Shown here piece after piece: positions 30,647 through 41,479 of a stretch of 64,000 bases of DNA; the stretch's first letter is position 1; the number at the start of each line of letters is the position of its first letter. This DNA is from Thiohalospira sp. (lineage in GTDB: Bacteria > Bacteroidota > Bacteroidia > Bacteroidales > UBA12077). The translations under genes and the position numbers were made by a program. Below the pieces are notes generated by a model, which made no database searches, was not told the origin of the DNA, and saw only the letters and a program-made list of their open reading frames with translations. Location of the stretch: positions 3,061 through 67,060 of the forward strand of contig JBKHIH010000005.1 in the NCBI GenBank assembly GCA_046538755.1, given 5' to 3'.

Positions 30647-31647
30647 TGAATAAATTAATAACAGTATCACCATCTCCTCATGTGTATGAGGATACAACCG
30701 TAAAACGGCTGATGTTTGATGTGATAATTGCCCTATTGCCAGCTTTAGCTTTTTCGATTTACTTTTTCGGGATGGGCGCAATTTATATAACATTAGTAGC
30801 TGTAGTTTCCTGCGTTGCTTTTGAATGGCTTATTCAAAAGTATATACTCAGGCAAGAACCTTCAATTTCTGATGGTTCTGCTATATTAACAGGATTATTG
30901 CTGGCCTTTAATGTGCCTACAAACCTGCCCATTTGGATTATTATAATTGGTAGCTTGGTTGCTATCGGAATAGGAAAAATGTCGTTTGGAGGATTGGGAA
31001 ATAACCCTTTTAACCCGGCTTTGGTTGGGCGTGTTTTTCTTTTAATTTCGTTTCCTGTGCAAATGACAAGCTGGCCCGTACCCAATGGTTTTAATACAGG
31101 ATATACCGATGCAGTAACAGGTGCTACTCCATTGGGTATTATGAAAGAAGGTATTGATAAAGGAGATGCAGTTTCTGAAATTATGAATCAGATACCAAGC
31201 CATATGGAAATGTTTTATGGACATATGGGAGGGTCCATGGGAGAAATTGCTGCATTAGCATTACTCATTGGTTTTGCATATTTATTAATTCGAAAAGTAA
31301 TTACATGGCATATACCTGTATCAATAATTGCAACCATTGCTTTATTTACAGGAATTTTATGGTTTATCAACCCAGATGCTAATGCCGACCCAATGTTCCA
31401 TTTATTAACCGGAGGTGTTTTATTGGGGGCTATTTATATGGCAACCGATTATGTTACTTCCCCAATGTCGGTTAAAGGAATGTGGATATACGGAATTGGT
31501 ATTGGAGTAATTACGGTATTAATAAGGGTTTTTGGAGCATATCCAGAAGGCGTTTCTTTTGCTATTCTGATTATGAATGCCTTTGTTCCTTTAATTAACG
31601 CTTACATTAAACCTAAACGTTTTGGAGAGGAGGTGAATAATGGCTAA
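30646..31647 (+). CDS. rnfD: Rnf electron transport complex subunit D
   Basis: 333 aa, polytopic. TGATPLG and MATDYVTSP (flavinylation region). The ATG overlaps the rnfC stop by 1 nt. Confidence 0.93.
   Translation: MNKLITVSPSPHVYEDTTVKRLMFDVIIALLPALAFSIYFFGMGAIYITLVAVVSCVAFEWLIQKYILRQEPSISDGSAILTGLLLAFNVPTNLPIWIIIIGSLVAIGIGKMSFGGLGNNPFNPALVGRVFLLISFPVQMTSWPVPNGFNTGYTDAVTGATPLGIMKEGIDKGDAVSEIMNQIPSHMEMFYGHMGGSMGEIAALALLIGFAYLLIRKVITWHIPVSIIATIALFTGILWFINPDANADPMFHLLTGGVLLGAIYMATDYVTSPMSVKGMWIYGIGIGVITVLIRVFGAYPEGVSFAILIMNAFVPLINAYIKPKRFGEEVNNG
31628..31633 (+). promoter_or_regulatory. Shine-Dalgarno-like AGGAGG, 6 nt before the rnfG ATG
   Basis: GAGAGGAGGTGAATAATG, embedded in the 3' end of rnfD. 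Confidence 0.6.
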
Positions 31648-32218
31648 GAAAGAATCTACATTTATTAATATGGTGCTTACATTGTTTATGGTAACATTTG
31701 TAGCATCAGCAGCGCTTGGTTATATTTATGAATTAACAAAAGACCCTATTGCTGCAAGTAAACTGGCAAAACAAAATAATGCCATTAAACAAGTGGTTCC
31801 CGATTTTAATAATGAACCTGGTAAGGAATCATATAAAATGGGTGTTGATGGCGATACGCTGGAATTTTTCCCTGCAAAACAAGATGGAGAATTAGTGGGT
31901 ACTGCTGTTAGCACTTTTACTAATAAAGGATTTAGCGGGAATATTAAAATAATGGTAGGTTTTTTACCTGATGGTACCATCAATAATATTTCGGTGCTTG
32001 AACATAAAGAAACTCCTGGGTTAGGAGATAAAATGCAAAAAGACAAGTCAGATTGGAGTGTTCAGTTTAATGGTAAAAATCCTGCAGACTTTCAATTAAA
32101 AGTTACTAAAGATGGTGGTGATGTAGATGCTATTACTGCTTCTACAATTACATCGAGAGCATTTTGCGATGCTGTAGAACGTGCATATAACGCTTACATG
32201 GAAGGAGGTAAAAAATGA
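31640..32218 (+). CDS. rnfG: Rnf electron transport complex subunit G
   Basis: 192 aa. N-terminal TM and FMN_bind domain with DAITASTITSRA (flavinylated Thr region). Confidence 0.9.
   Translation: MAKKESTFINMVLTLFMVTFVASAALGYIYELTKDPIAASKLAKQNNAIKQVVPDFNNEPGKESYKMGVDGDTLEFFPAKQDGELVGTAVSTFTNKGFSGNIKIMVGFLPDGTINNISVLEHKETPGLGDKMQKDKSDWSVQFNGKNPADFQLKVTKDGGDVDAITASTITSRAFCDAVERAYNAYMEGGKK
32203..32208 (+). promoter_or_regulatory. Shine-Dalgarno-like AGGAGG, 6 nt before the rnfE ATG
   Basis: GGAAGGAGGTAAAAAATG, embedded in the 3' end of rnfG. Confidence 0.6.
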
Positions 32219-32802
32219 ATCAATGGAAAAATTTTAGCAAAGGGTTTTTTAAGGATAATCCCGTTTTTGTATTATTCCTTGGATTATGTCCCACATTAGG
32301 TGTTACTACTACGGCATTTAATGGCTTGGGCATGGGATTGGCTACAACTTTTGTATTGGTTATGTCCAACCTGGTTGTTTCAATCATAAAAAGCCAAATT
32401 CCTGATAAAGTACGTATACCCTCATTCATTGTTATTATAGCTTCGTTTGTTACCATCGTAGAATTGGTGATGCAAGCGTATTTGCCTTCATTGTTTGAAC
32501 AATTAGGCTTATTTATTCCTTTGATTGTTGTAAACTGTTTGGTGCTTGGTCGTTCTGAAGCTTTTGCATCCAAAAATAATGTTATTACATCAATTATAGA
32601 TGGTTCAGGCATGGGTCTTGGATTTGCCATGGCTCTTACAATTTTGGGTGGAGTACGAGAACTGCTGGGAAGTGGTTCTATATTTGGCTATAAATTTATT
32701 GAAGGCGACGGTATGCTTGTTTTTGTTTTAGCACCCGGAGCATTTATAGCATTAGGATATCTTATTGTACTGATCAATAAAATAAATCAAAAAACGGCTT
32801 AA
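32215..32802 (+). CDS. rnfE: Rnf electron transport complex subunit E
   Basis: 195 aa. DNPVFVLFLGLCPTLG motif, 6 TM. ATGA overlap with rnfG. Confidence 0.92.
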   Translation: MNQWKNFSKGFFKDNPVFVLFLGLCPTLGVTTTAFNGLGMGLATTFVLVMSNLVVSIIKSQIPDKVRIPSFIVIIASFVTIVELVMQAYLPSLFEQLGLFIPLIVVNCLVLGRSEAFASKNNVITSIIDGSGMGLGFAMALTILGGVRELLGSGSIFGYKFIEGDGMLVFVLAPGAFIALGYLIVLINKINQKTA

Positions 32803-32812
32803 ATAAATTACT

Positions 32813-33385
32813 ATGGAATATATTATTATCATCATATCTGCAATATTTGTAAACAATATTGTATTAGCACAGTTCCTCGGTATTTGCCCGTTTATTGGTG
32901 TTTCGAGTAAAGTTGAAACATCGGTTGGAATGACAGGGGCAGTAACTTTTGTGATGGTTATTGCAACCATTGTAACCTATTTATTACAGAACTACGTTTT
33001 AGTTCCATTAGGGATTTCTTTTATGCAAACCATTACATTTATTCTGGTAATTGCATCTTTAGTACAATTGGTTGAAATAATGCTTAAAAAAGTGAGCCCT
33101 TCACTTTATCAGGCTCTTGGAATTTTTCTTCCTCTTATTACTACCAACTGTGCTGTTTTAGGGGTGGCCATTCTGGCTGTTCAGAAAGATTATAATTTGC
33201 TCGAAAGTGTTGTATTTGCTATTGCCAATGCAATAGGATTTGGCTTAGCTTTAATAACATTTGCAGGTTTACGTGAGCATATGGATATGGTTAATATCCC
33301 AAAAGGAATGAAAGGTGTACCCATTGCTTTTGTTGTAGCAGGTTTATTAGCATTAGCATTTATGGGATTTGCAGGGATTGTATAA
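32813..33385 (+). CDS. rnfA: Rnf electron transport complex subunit A
   Basis: 190 aa. [16 protein letters not shown] motif, 6 TM. Confidence 0.92.
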   Translation: MEYIIIIISAIFVNNIVLAQFLGICPFIGVSSKVETSVGMTGAVTFVMVIATIVTYLLQNYVLVPLGISFMQTITFILVIASLVQLVEIMLKKVSPSLYQALGIFLPLITTNCAVLGVAILAVQKDYNLLESVVFAIANAIGFGLALITFAGLREHMDMVNIPKGMKGVPIAFVVAGLLALAFMGFAGIV

Positions 33386-33405
33386 AAATTTACTATAACT
33401 TTTAA

Positions 33406-33435
33406 AGAGCAACTTACTGGGGTTGCTCTTTTTTA
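33406..33435 (+). terminator. Intrinsic terminator of the rnf operon
   Basis: AGAGCAAC (33406-33413) / GTTGCTCT (33422-33429), 8-nt loop, followed by T6. Confidence 0.8.
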
Positions 33436-33498
33436 TTTTAGATGGTTTTTTAATTCCATGTTTTTTTTTAAATTGCTAGCGTTTATATATACTCTTAT

Positions 33499-35808
33499 AT
33501 GAAGGTTAAAAAAATATTGTTTGTAATACTATTTTCAGTATTATATGCTAACATTACATTTAGCGCTGAAAAAAATAATATTTTAATCCTTAATTCTTAT
33601 CATAAAGGCTTACGTTGGACCGACGAAATTGTTGAGGGCATATGGACAGGGTTAGGCAAATATGCTAATAATACTGAAATTTTTATCGAATATCTTGACT
33701 CAAAAAGATTTTACGATTCGATTTATTACCATCATATATTTGAACTGTATCACAAAAAATATAAACATAAAGAAATTAAAGTAATCATTTCATCAGATGA
33801 TAATGCACTTGAATTTCTTTTAAATTTCAGAGATAGTTTATTTGGTAATGTACCCGTAGTTTTTTCTGGAATAAATCAATCACATAATTATCCCAAAGGT
33901 TATACTGGAGTGTTAGAAAAAATTGATTTTATTGAAAATATACAGTTAATTAAAAAACTGCATCCTGATTACTCAAAAATTTATTTTTTAGTTGATTTTA
34001 CCAAAACTGGTAATATAATTTATGAACGAGCTTTAAATGCATTAAGATCTTTTAAAGGGGAGGTAAGTTGTGAATTTCTTCGCGATTATTCATTCGAACA
34101 GCTTTACCATAAAATTTCCCAACTCGATGAAAAAGCCATTGTTTTTCTTACAACTTTTAATATAGATAATAATGGTGTTTATTGCTCTTTTGACGAAATT
34201 GTAAAGAATGTTTCAAATATTTCTTCGGTTCCGGTTTATGGTGCCTGGACTTTTTATCTTGAAAATGGAGTAGTAGGGGGTAAAATGAATAGTGGGGAAA
34301 TTCAAGGATTAATGGCTGGTAATATGGCTAAAAGAATTCTTGATGGCGAGGATGTAAATAAAATAAATGTAGAAATTGCCAAAACTGATTACTATTTCGA
34401 TTATAATTATATTTCTAAATTTAATATCAATAAATCTCACCTGCCAGAAGAATCAGTAATTATTAATAAACCTTTTGCATTTTTAAAAGAAAATAAGCAA
34501 CAAACCATTTATACTGTAATAATTTTGGTTCTTCTTTTAACAGTGATTTTACTTCTATGGATAAATATATTTATTAAGCGAAATACATTGAGGCAAGAAA
34601 GAAGGTATCTTAAAAAAATTGAAATTAACAATGAAAAGCTTTTATTAGCAAAAGAAAAAGCTGAAGAAGCCAACAGGTTAAAAACAGCCTTTTTGGCAAA
34701 TATGTCGCATGAATTAAGAACACCCATGAATGGTATCATAGGGTTTTCTAAATTATTAAAAGATCATTCAGATTTAGATCAGGAAACACAAAAGAAATAT
34801 CTTAATATTATTAATAAAAGTGGATATATACTTTTAAATCTTATTAATGATATTATTGACCTTTCTAAAATAGAGGCCAATCATCTGAAAATTAATTACC
34901 GGCCATGCCGTGTAAATGAAATTATGGAAGAGCTATTAAGTTTTTTTAATAGTGAAAAAGAAGGTGTTGAAAAAAGCCATATTCAACTGATACTTGAGAA
35001 AGGCAATAAAAATAAAGATTTTACTATTTATTCTGACCCTAACCGGATAAGACAGGTATTATATAATTTATTAAGCAATGCCTTAAAATTTACCTATAAA
35101 GGGAAAATAACTTTTGGCTATAAAATTGATTCCGGCAATATCATTTTTTTTGTAAAAGATACTGGTATTGGTTTAACATTACAGGAGTGTGAAATTATTT
35201 TCGAAAGGTTTAGACAGGTTGACGATAAAACTACCAGAAGATATGGAGGTTCTGGATTAGGGCTCTCTATATCAAAAGGGATTGTAGAAAATATGAATGG
35301 GAAAATTTGGGTAGAATCGGAAAAGGAAAATATTATAGAAAATAAAGAAGGCGGGTCTACTTTTTATTTTTCAGTTCCTTTAAAGATTGTTGAAACCAAT
35401 GATTCTAAACCACTAAATGAAGCAAGAAATTATGTTTGGCCTGGGAAAACAATACTTATTGTTGAAGATGCCCAGATTTCATACGAGTTATTAACTAAAT
35501 TTTTAAAAAATTCGCAAGTGAATTTTATCCATGCCGAGAATGGAGAACAAGCTATTGATTTATGTCGTGATAATCATACCATTGATTTAGTATTAATGGA
35601 TATTCAACTTCCAATGATGGATGGGCTGGAGGCAACAAATATCATAAAACAGGCTAATCCAAATTTGCCAGTAATAGCTCAAACAGCCAATGCTATGGAA
35701 GATGACCGTGAAAAAATTATCAATGCCGGTTGCGATGATTATATAGCTAAGCCTATTAATAAATACGATCTTCTTGAAAAGATTGACAACTTTCTTAAAG
35801 ATAGTTAA
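33499..35808 (+). CDS. Hybrid sensor histidine kinase/response regulator with periplasmic ABC-substrate-binding-like sensor domain
   Basis: 769 aa. Signal/TM, ~300 aa periplasmic domain ([18 protein letters not shown]), TM, H-box [19 protein letters not shown], HATPase ([15 protein letters not shown]), C-terminal REC ([11 protein letters not shown]...AKP). Confidence 0.88.
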   Translation: MKVKKILFVILFSVLYANITFSAEKNNILILNSYHKGLRWTDEIVEGIWTGLGKYANNTEIFIEYLDSKRFYDSIYYHHIFELYHKKYKHKEIKVIISSDDNALEFLLNFRDSLFGNVPVVFSGINQSHNYPKGYTGVLEKIDFIENIQLIKKLHPDYSKIYFLVDFTKTGNIIYERALNALRSFKGEVSCEFLRDYSFEQLYHKISQLDEKAIVFLTTFNIDNNGVYCSFDEIVKNVSNISSVPVYGAWTFYLENGVVGGKMNSGEIQGLMAGNMAKRILDGEDVNKINVEIAKTDYYFDYNYISKFNINKSHLPEESVIINKPFAFLKENKQQTIYTVIILVLLLTVILLLWINIFIKRNTLRQERRYLKKIEINNEKLLLAKEKAEEANRLKTAFLANMSHELRTPMNGIIGFSKLLKDHSDLDQETQKKYLNIINKSGYILLNLINDIIDLSKIEANHLKINYRPCRVNEIMEELLSFFNSEKEGVEKSHIQLILEKGNKNKDFTIYSDPNRIRQVLYNLLSNALKFTYKGKITFGYKIDSGNIIFFVKDTGIGLTLQECEIIFERFRQVDDKTTRRYGGSGLGLSISKGIVENMNGKIWVESEKENIIENKEGGSTFYFSVPLKIVETNDSKPLNEARNYVWPGKTILIVEDAQISYELLTKFLKNSQVNFIHAENGEQAIDLCRDNHTIDLVLMDIQLPMMDGLEATNIIKQANPNLPVIAQTANAMEDDREKIINAGCDDYIAKPINKYDLLEKIDNFLKDS

Positions 35809-35940
35809 TTTGCTGAAATGCTGACTTTTGTCATTGTTGCAAAACATTTCTTTTTCGTACAATTTCTGAGAAAAATCACCATTTATGATTTTTGAAAATC
35901 CAATATTTGCCCAAAATTTTAAGGGTTAAATTGGAGTATA

Positions 35941-37107
35941 ATGAATGCAATAAAAAGTATTAAGAAATCAGATTTTCTGAGAAACAGGCGCTACGAAGCT
36001 TTTATTTTTTTAATCCTGTTTTTTGGCTTTTTTGGATATCTGGGCTCAGTAATGGGAATCACAAACCTGCTGAATACTATCATGAACACTGCCTGGGATT
36101 TACTTATGAATACAGTGTTTTTTATCATGGGTATTACTGTTTTATCGGGTGCTTTAGGAAAGTTAATGATTGAATTTGGAGTTGTACGTTTATTGGAAAT
36201 ATTTCTTGCACCCCTAATGCGCCCAATATTTAAATTGCCTGGTGTTGCTTCGCTTGCCGGCCTTATGACTTTCTTTTCCGATAATCCGGCCATAATCAGC
36301 CTTTCTAACGATAAAAACTTTAGCCGTTATTTTAAAAAACACGAACTTATTTCATTAACCAATTTTGGGACTGCCTTTGGAATGGGATTGATCGTATTAA
36401 CTTTTATGTCGAGCTTTGGTTATTTTGGCCCGGCAATGATTGGTTTTTTTGGTGCCATATTTGGAGCTGTTGTTTCTACCCGTTTAATGCAAGCCATGAT
36501 TAAAGGAAAACTAACTGAAGGCCAGTCTACAGAAATACAGAAAGAAGATTCTTCATCCATATCTTTTAAATCTAAAGGTGGTATATTTTTGCGTTTCTTA
36601 AATTCAATCCTTGACGGAGGAAAATCAGGGGTAGATTTAGGTTTACAGATTATCCCGGGTGTTTTAATCATAAGTACTATTGTTATGATTATTACTTTTG
36701 GGCCGGAAGATGCTAGTATTGGCTACCAGGGATTGGCTTACGAAGGGGTGCCGATTTTACCGAAAATTGCCAGTTGGTTTGGATGGTTGTTTGATGGATT
36801 ATTTGGATTTAAAAAGCCTGAATTAGTTGCTTTTCCAATAACATCCCTTGGTGCTGTTGGAGCAGCCCTTTCGTTGGTAAAAGCTTTTATTGGGCAGGGT
36901 ATCATTACCGGAAATGAAATTGCTGTGTTTACCGCAATGGGCATGTGTTGGAGTGGTTATTTAAGTACGCATACAGCAATGCTCGATACATTAAAATACA
37001 GGTTTTTAACATCTAAAGCCCTATTATCACATACCATTGGAGGAATTGTAGCTGGTGCTTTTGCCCATTACTTGTATTTGTTGTTGTCAATTTGGTTTAA
37101 TTTTTAA
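35941..37107 (+). CDS. Polytopic membrane protein, possibly nucleoside-recognition (Gate) domain family
   Basis: 388 aa with ~10 hydrophobic segments. The family assignment is a weak recollection only. Antisense ORFs inside it are shadows. Confidence 0.5.
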   Translation: MNAIKSIKKSDFLRNRRYEAFIFLILFFGFFGYLGSVMGITNLLNTIMNTAWDLLMNTVFFIMGITVLSGALGKLMIEFGVVRLLEIFLAPLMRPIFKLPGVASLAGLMTFFSDNPAIISLSNDKNFSRYFKKHELISLTNFGTAFGMGLIVLTFMSSFGYFGPAMIGFFGAIFGAVVSTRLMQAMIKGKLTEGQSTEIQKEDSSSISFKSKGGIFLRFLNSILDGGKSGVDLGLQIIPGVLIISTIVMIITFGPEDASIGYQGLAYEGVPILPKIASWFGWLFDGLFGFKKPELVAFPITSLGAVGAALSLVKAFIGQGIITGNEIAVFTAMGMCWSGYLSTHTAMLDTLKYRFLTSKALLSHTIGGIVAGAFAHYLYLLLSIWFNF

Positions 37108-37128
37108 TAAGGATTCATTAAAATTTAA

Positions 37129-37158
37129 AGCTCTGCAATTTCTGCAGGGCTTTTTTTT
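37129..37158 (+). terminator. Intrinsic terminator
   Basis: AGCTCTGCA / TGCAGGGCT (one G-U pair), 5-nt loop, followed by T8. Confidence 0.75.
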
Positions 37159-37204
37159 CAATTATTAATTTTCTAATTTTAGCTCTGTTTTAAATGAATG
37201 TTAT

Positions 37205-39334
37205 ATGAATAATAATCACGTACAATCTATTTCCTCTGCATTAGGTATTGCCGAATGGCAAGTAGAAAATACTATTCGTTTGTTTGATGATGGCTCTACT
37301 ATCCCATTTATAAGCCGTTATCGTAAAGAAGTTACAGGCAGTTTAGACGAAGTACAGATTACTGCTATTAAAGATATGTTAACCAGGCTGAAAGAAATTG
37401 ACCAGCGTAGGGAAACAATCTTAAAAACTATTGATGAGCAGGGGAAATTAACCGATGAATTAAAAGTGAGAATTGAAAAGGCGGATTCGTTAACTGAACT
37501 GGAAGATATTTACCTGCCGTATAAGCCTAAAAAGAAAACGAGGGCTAGTGTTGCTAAACAAAAAGGGCTTGAGCCACTTGCTAAGATTATAATGAAGCAG
37601 CAAGAGTTGAGGTTAGAAGCCAGGGCAGAACAGTATTTAAATGATGAAATACCAACCATAGATGATGCTTTGCAGGGTGCCAGGGATATTATTGCCGAAT
37701 GGGTTAACGAAAACGAAAGAGCCAGAAATAGTATTCGTCGATTGTTCCAGCATAAAGCCTTTATCCGTTCAAAAGCAATTAAAGGGAAGGAGTTAGAAGG
37801 AATAAAATATAAAGATTATTTTGAGTGGGAAGAACCATTAAAAAAGTGTCCCTCACACAGGTTATTGGCTATGCGAAGAGGTGAAAACGAAGGATTCTTA
37901 AAGGTATCAATTTCTCCTTACGAAGACGAAGCGTTGGAGATTCTCGAAAAGCAATTTGTTAAAGGGCACTATGATGTTTCCCAACAGGTAGGTATTGCTG
38001 TTAAAGACAGCTACAAAAGATTACTTGAGCCTTCAATAGAAACAGAATTTAAAAATTCATCCAAAGAAAAAGCCGATGAGGCAGCTATCAATGTTTTTGC
38101 TGATAACTTACGTCAGTTATTACTCGCCCCGCCACTAGGCCAGAAAAATGTATTGGCTATCGATCCCGGTTATCGAACTGGTTGCAAAGTTGTTTGCCTC
38201 GATAATCAGGGTAATTTATTGCATAATGAAACTATTTATCCTCATCATCCGCAAAACGAAAAAGGAATGGCGATGAAGAAAATCGATTCAATGGTAGAAA
38301 CCTTTAAAATTGACGCCATCGCCATTGGAAACGGAACCGCAAGCCGCGAAACCGAAGCGCTAATTAAACGAATACGGTTTTCGAATGATGTTCGTGTATT
38401 TGTGGTGAGCGAAGACGGGGCCTCTGTTTATTCTGCTTCTTCGGTTGCCCGAGAAGAGTTTCCCGAGTATGATGTTACCGTCCGTGGAGCAGTTTCAATA
38501 GGGCGTAGATTGATGGATCCGTTGGCAGAACTGGTTAAAATTGATCCAAAATCAATTGGAGTAGGGCAGTACCAGCACGATGTGGATCAAAATAAACTTA
38601 AAAATAAACTAGACCAGGTAGTGGAAAGTTGTGTTAACCTGGTTGGAGTAAATTTAAATACTGCAAGTAAACATCTGTTGAATTATATTTCCGGGCTTGG
38701 CCCGCAATTAGCACAAAATATAGTGATTTACCGAAAAGAAAACGGTGCTTTTAAATCCCGGAAAGAACTGTTAAAAGTGAAACGTATGGGCGAAAAAGCA
38801 TTTCAGCAATCAGCCGGGTTTTTACGAATTAGCGATGCAGAAAACCCATTGGATAATACTGCCGTTCATCCTGAAAGCTATCATATTGTAAAAAAAATGG
38901 CTAAAGACCAGAACTGCGAAGTAGCAGATTTGATAAAGGATGAAAATCTCCGCAAGCAAATTATTTTAAAAGATTATGTTACCGATGATATTGGTTTGCC
39001 CACACTTACTGATATAATGAATGAGCTTGCTAAACCCGGGCGAGACCCGCGAAAAGGTATTAAAGTATTTGAGTTTGCCGAAGGAATCCATACAATGGAA
39101 GATTTGAAAGAGGGAATGGTATTACCCGGTATAGTTACCAATATTACCAATTTTGGTGCTTTTGTTGATGTTGGTGTAAAACAAGATGGATTGGTTCATA
39201 TTTCGCAGTTGGCCAATCGTTTTGTATCAGACCCTAACGAAATTGTAAAATTGCATCAACATGTTAAAGTAAAAGTATTGGAAGTGGATGTTGCAAGAAA
39301 AAGAATTCAGCTTACCATGAAAAATGTAGAATAA
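37205..39334 (+). CDS. tex: Tex-like transcription accessory protein (YqgF/HhH/S1)
   Basis: 709 aa. STIPFISRYRKE N-terminus, LAIDPGYRTGCK YqgF core, C-terminal S1 domain GMVLPGIVTNITNFGAFVDVGVKQDGLVHISQL. Confidence 0.93.
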   Translation: MNNNHVQSISSALGIAEWQVENTIRLFDDGSTIPFISRYRKEVTGSLDEVQITAIKDMLTRLKEIDQRRETILKTIDEQGKLTDELKVRIEKADSLTELEDIYLPYKPKKKTRASVAKQKGLEPLAKIIMKQQELRLEARAEQYLNDEIPTIDDALQGARDIIAEWVNENERARNSIRRLFQHKAFIRSKAIKGKELEGIKYKDYFEWEEPLKKCPSHRLLAMRRGENEGFLKVSISPYEDEALEILEKQFVKGHYDVSQQVGIAVKDSYKRLLEPSIETEFKNSSKEKADEAAINVFADNLRQLLLAPPLGQKNVLAIDPGYRTGCKVVCLDNQGNLLHNETIYPHHPQNEKGMAMKKIDSMVETFKIDAIAIGNGTASRETEALIKRIRFSNDVRVFVVSEDGASVYSASSVAREEFPEYDVTVRGAVSIGRRLMDPLAELVKIDPKSIGVGQYQHDVDQNKLKNKLDQVVESCVNLVGVNLNTASKHLLNYISGLGPQLAQNIVIYRKENGAFKSRKELLKVKRMGEKAFQQSAGFLRISDAENPLDNTAVHPESYHIVKKMAKDQNCEVADLIKDENLRKQIILKDYVTDDIGLPTLTDIMNELAKPGRDPRKGIKVFEFAEGIHTMEDLKEGMVLPGIVTNITNFGAFVDVGVKQDGLVHISQLANRFVSDPNEIVKLHQHVKVKVLEVDVARKRIQLTMKNVE

Positions 39335-39783
39335 TGAAAATAAATTCAGGGTATAAAGTTTTAGTTGTTTGTTTATTTTTAGTGTTTTTGGTTCGTTGCA
39401 ATTCTTCCAAAAAGGAGTCAGCTTCTACGGTTTCTCCACCGGATATGCATACTTCAGAAATTAGCCTCGACTGGCAGGGAACATACAAAGGAGTACTTCC
39501 TTGTGCTGATTGCCCCGGAATTGAAACAGAAATTACGCTTTATAAGGATAAAAGATTCGCTAAAAAGACAAAATACCAGGGAGCAGCTAATCGACAGGTC
39601 TTTGAAGAATCAGGAACTTTTGTTTGGGATAGCACGGGCTCTTTTATTCTGTTGAATTCGATAAAAAATGCTACAACTAAATATAAGGTAGGTGAAAATT
39701 ATTTGCAACAACTCGATTTGAAGGGAAATGTAATTAATGGGGAGTTAAAAGAACATTATATATTAGAGAAGATGTTAGAATAA
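39334..39783 (+). CDS. NlpE/CutF N-terminal-domain lipoprotein
   Basis: 149 aa. Signal + Cys (FLVRC). WQGTYKGVLPCADCPGIETEITL is the NlpE_N CxxC motif. The ATG shares 1 nt with the tex stop. Confidence 0.75.
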   Translation: MKINSGYKVLVVCLFLVFLVRCNSSKKESASTVSPPDMHTSEISLDWQGTYKGVLPCADCPGIETEITLYKDKRFAKKTKYQGAANRQVFEESGTFVWDSTGSFILLNSIKNATTKYKVGENYLQQLDLKGNVINGELKEHYILEKMLE

Positions 39784-39805
39784 AAAAGCCCTGTAAAGCA
39801 GGGCT
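39782..39805 (-). terminator. Intrinsic terminator of the SDR gene (hairpin may also stop + strand transcription)
   Basis: AGCCCTG (39787-39793) / CAGGGCT (39799-39805). On the minus strand it is followed by T6 (complement of 39782-39787). Confidence 0.65.
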
Positions 39806-39831
39806 AAATAATGTCCAGATTTATTTTTTAT

Positions 39832-40593
39832 TTATGCTGTCATTCCTCCATCGATAAGATTAATTGTACCGGTAATAAATTCGCTGTCTTCTCCGGCAAG
39901 GAATAACATTAATTTAGCAACTTCTTCGTTGGTTGCATAGCGGCCAAGCGGAATGGATTGCTCGAAATTCGATTTTGCATTTTCAGCTTCTCCGGGAGCA
40001 AAACCTTCCTCTAAAGAACGCATCATGCGGTTATCTACAGGAGAAGGATTTACTGCGTTAACACGGATTTTGTGAGGAGCTCCTTCCAATGCCGCTGATT
40101 TCATCATTCCATTTATAGCATGTTTGCTGGTTACATAGGGTAACACGTTAGGTGTTCCTGTAATTCCTGCAACAGATGATGTTATAATGATACTTCCTCC
40201 ATTTTTTTTCATATGCGGGAAAACATGGCGAAGCCCATAGTAGGCACCTTTTACATTGATATCAATTACTTTGTGAAATTCATCAAGTGGATATTCATCC
40301 AACGGAATTACCTTACCTTCTACTCCTGCATTGTTTAAGAAAACATCAATTTTTCCGAATTTATTTATGGTTTCATCAACATACTTTTTAACTTGTTGCT
40401 CATCTGAAACATCAGCAACTACATAAGCCGATTTATCTTTACCAATATCATTGATTGATTCCTTAAGTGCATCCTCATTAATATCAACAAGCATCACCTT
40501 AGCTCCTTCGTTTACAAACATTTTTGCTGCTGAAGTACCAATACCTCCAGATCCACCAGTAATTAATATTACTTTATCTTCAAATTTTTTCAT
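39832..40593 (-). CDS. SDR-family oxidoreductase
   Basis: 253 aa. TGGSGGIG cofactor motif, NNAG, catalytic YVTSK. Confidence 0.9.
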   Translation of the reverse strand: MKKFEDKVILITGGSGGIGTSAAKMFVNEGAKVMLVDINEDALKESINDIGKDKSAYVVADVSDEQQVKKYVDETINKFGKIDVFLNNAGVEGKVIPLDEYPLDEFHKVIDINVKGAYYGLRHVFPHMKKNGGSIIITSSVAGITGTPNVLPYVTSKHAINGMMKSAALEGAPHKIRVNAVNPSPVDNRMMRSLEEGFAPGEAENAKSNFEQSIPLGRYATNEEVAKLMLFLAGEDSEFITGTINLIDGGMTA

Positions 40594-40688
40594 AGTATGA
40601 TTGGTTTTACTTTTAATAATCCAACAAGTAACAGCAGAACTTGTTCAATTAATATATATATTTTGATGATATTCTTTAATGATGCCTA

Positions 40689-41384
40689 TTAGCTATTCAT
40701 TGCAAATTCAACCGTTTTTTCAGCATGTATAGTAGTCGTATCAAATACCGGAATTGACACATCATCTTGTTTTATGAGTAGAGGAATTTCTGTACATCCT
40801 AAAATAACACCTTGTGCACCTTTTTTTGCAAGTTGTTCAATAATTTGCTGATATTTTTTGCGTGATTCATTCTTAATCTCACCTAAAACCAATTCATTAT
40901 AAATAATGTTATGTACCGCTTCTAAATCTTTTCCTTCAGGGGTTAAAACATTTATTCCATGTTTTTTTACTAAACGGCCTTTATAAAAATCGTGTTGCAT
41001 GGTAAATTTTGTACCCAGCAAAGCAATGGTTTCCAAATTCATTTCTTTAATCGCTTCTGCGGTTGCATCGGCAATATGTAAAATAGGTATCGAAAGATTT
41101 TGTTGCATCTCATGATACATCTTGTGCATGGTGTTGGTGCAAATGGTAAGCATTTCAGCTCCTCCTTTTTCAATTTTTTGGGCTGCCTCAATCATTATTT
41201 GGGTTAGTTCCTCCCATCTGTCTTCATGTTGTAGTTTTTTTATCAGGTCAAAATCTACCGAATACATTATACATTCGCATGAATGATGTCCTCCTTGTAA
41301 CTCCTTTACTTTTTGGTTTATTATTTTATAATATATCAATGATGATTCCCAACTCATGCCACCAAGTAAGCCTATAGTTTTCAT
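40689..41384 (-). CDS. Aspartate/glutamate racemase family protein
   Basis: 231 aa. GLLGGMSWESS N-terminus and the second catalytic region ILGCTEIPLL. Confidence 0.85.
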   Translation of the reverse strand: MKTIGLLGGMSWESSLIYYKIINQKVKELQGGHHSCECIMYSVDFDLIKKLQHEDRWEELTQIMIEAAQKIEKGGAEMLTICTNTMHKMYHEMQQNLSIPILHIADATAEAIKEMNLETIALLGTKFTMQHDFYKGRLVKKHGINVLTPEGKDLEAVHNIIYNELVLGEIKNESRKKYQQIIEQLAKKGAQGVILGCTEIPLLIKQDDVSIPVFDTTTIHAEKTVEFAMNS

Positions 41385-41433
41385 ATCGTATTGTTAATAA
41401 TTTAGCAAAAGACAATGTAATGGGTTAAATACT

Positions 41434-41449
41434 AATTTCCTACAAAATT
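41434..41449 (+). promoter_or_regulatory. Candidate regulator-binding site upstream of the response-regulator gene
   Basis: AATTTCCTACAAAATT matches 14/16 positions of the repeat AAATTGCTACAAAATT found at 43540. It lies 31 nt before ATG 41480. Confidence 0.35.
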
Positions 41450-41479
41450 TTAACATATTTTTGAACAAAATAAAATGGA

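Noticed and set aside
28865-32970. Many antisense or overlapping ORFs inside the rnf genes (e.g. 28865-29281, 28962-29252, 29318-29530, 30136-30432, 31726-32046, 32220-32630)
   Set aside because: Every one overlaps a confidently identified Rnf subunit on the other strand or frame and has no recognisable motif. They are typical shadow ORFs of a slightly GC-richer coding region. The same reasoning applies to small ORFs inside guaB, recQ, the kinases, the barrel gene and others.
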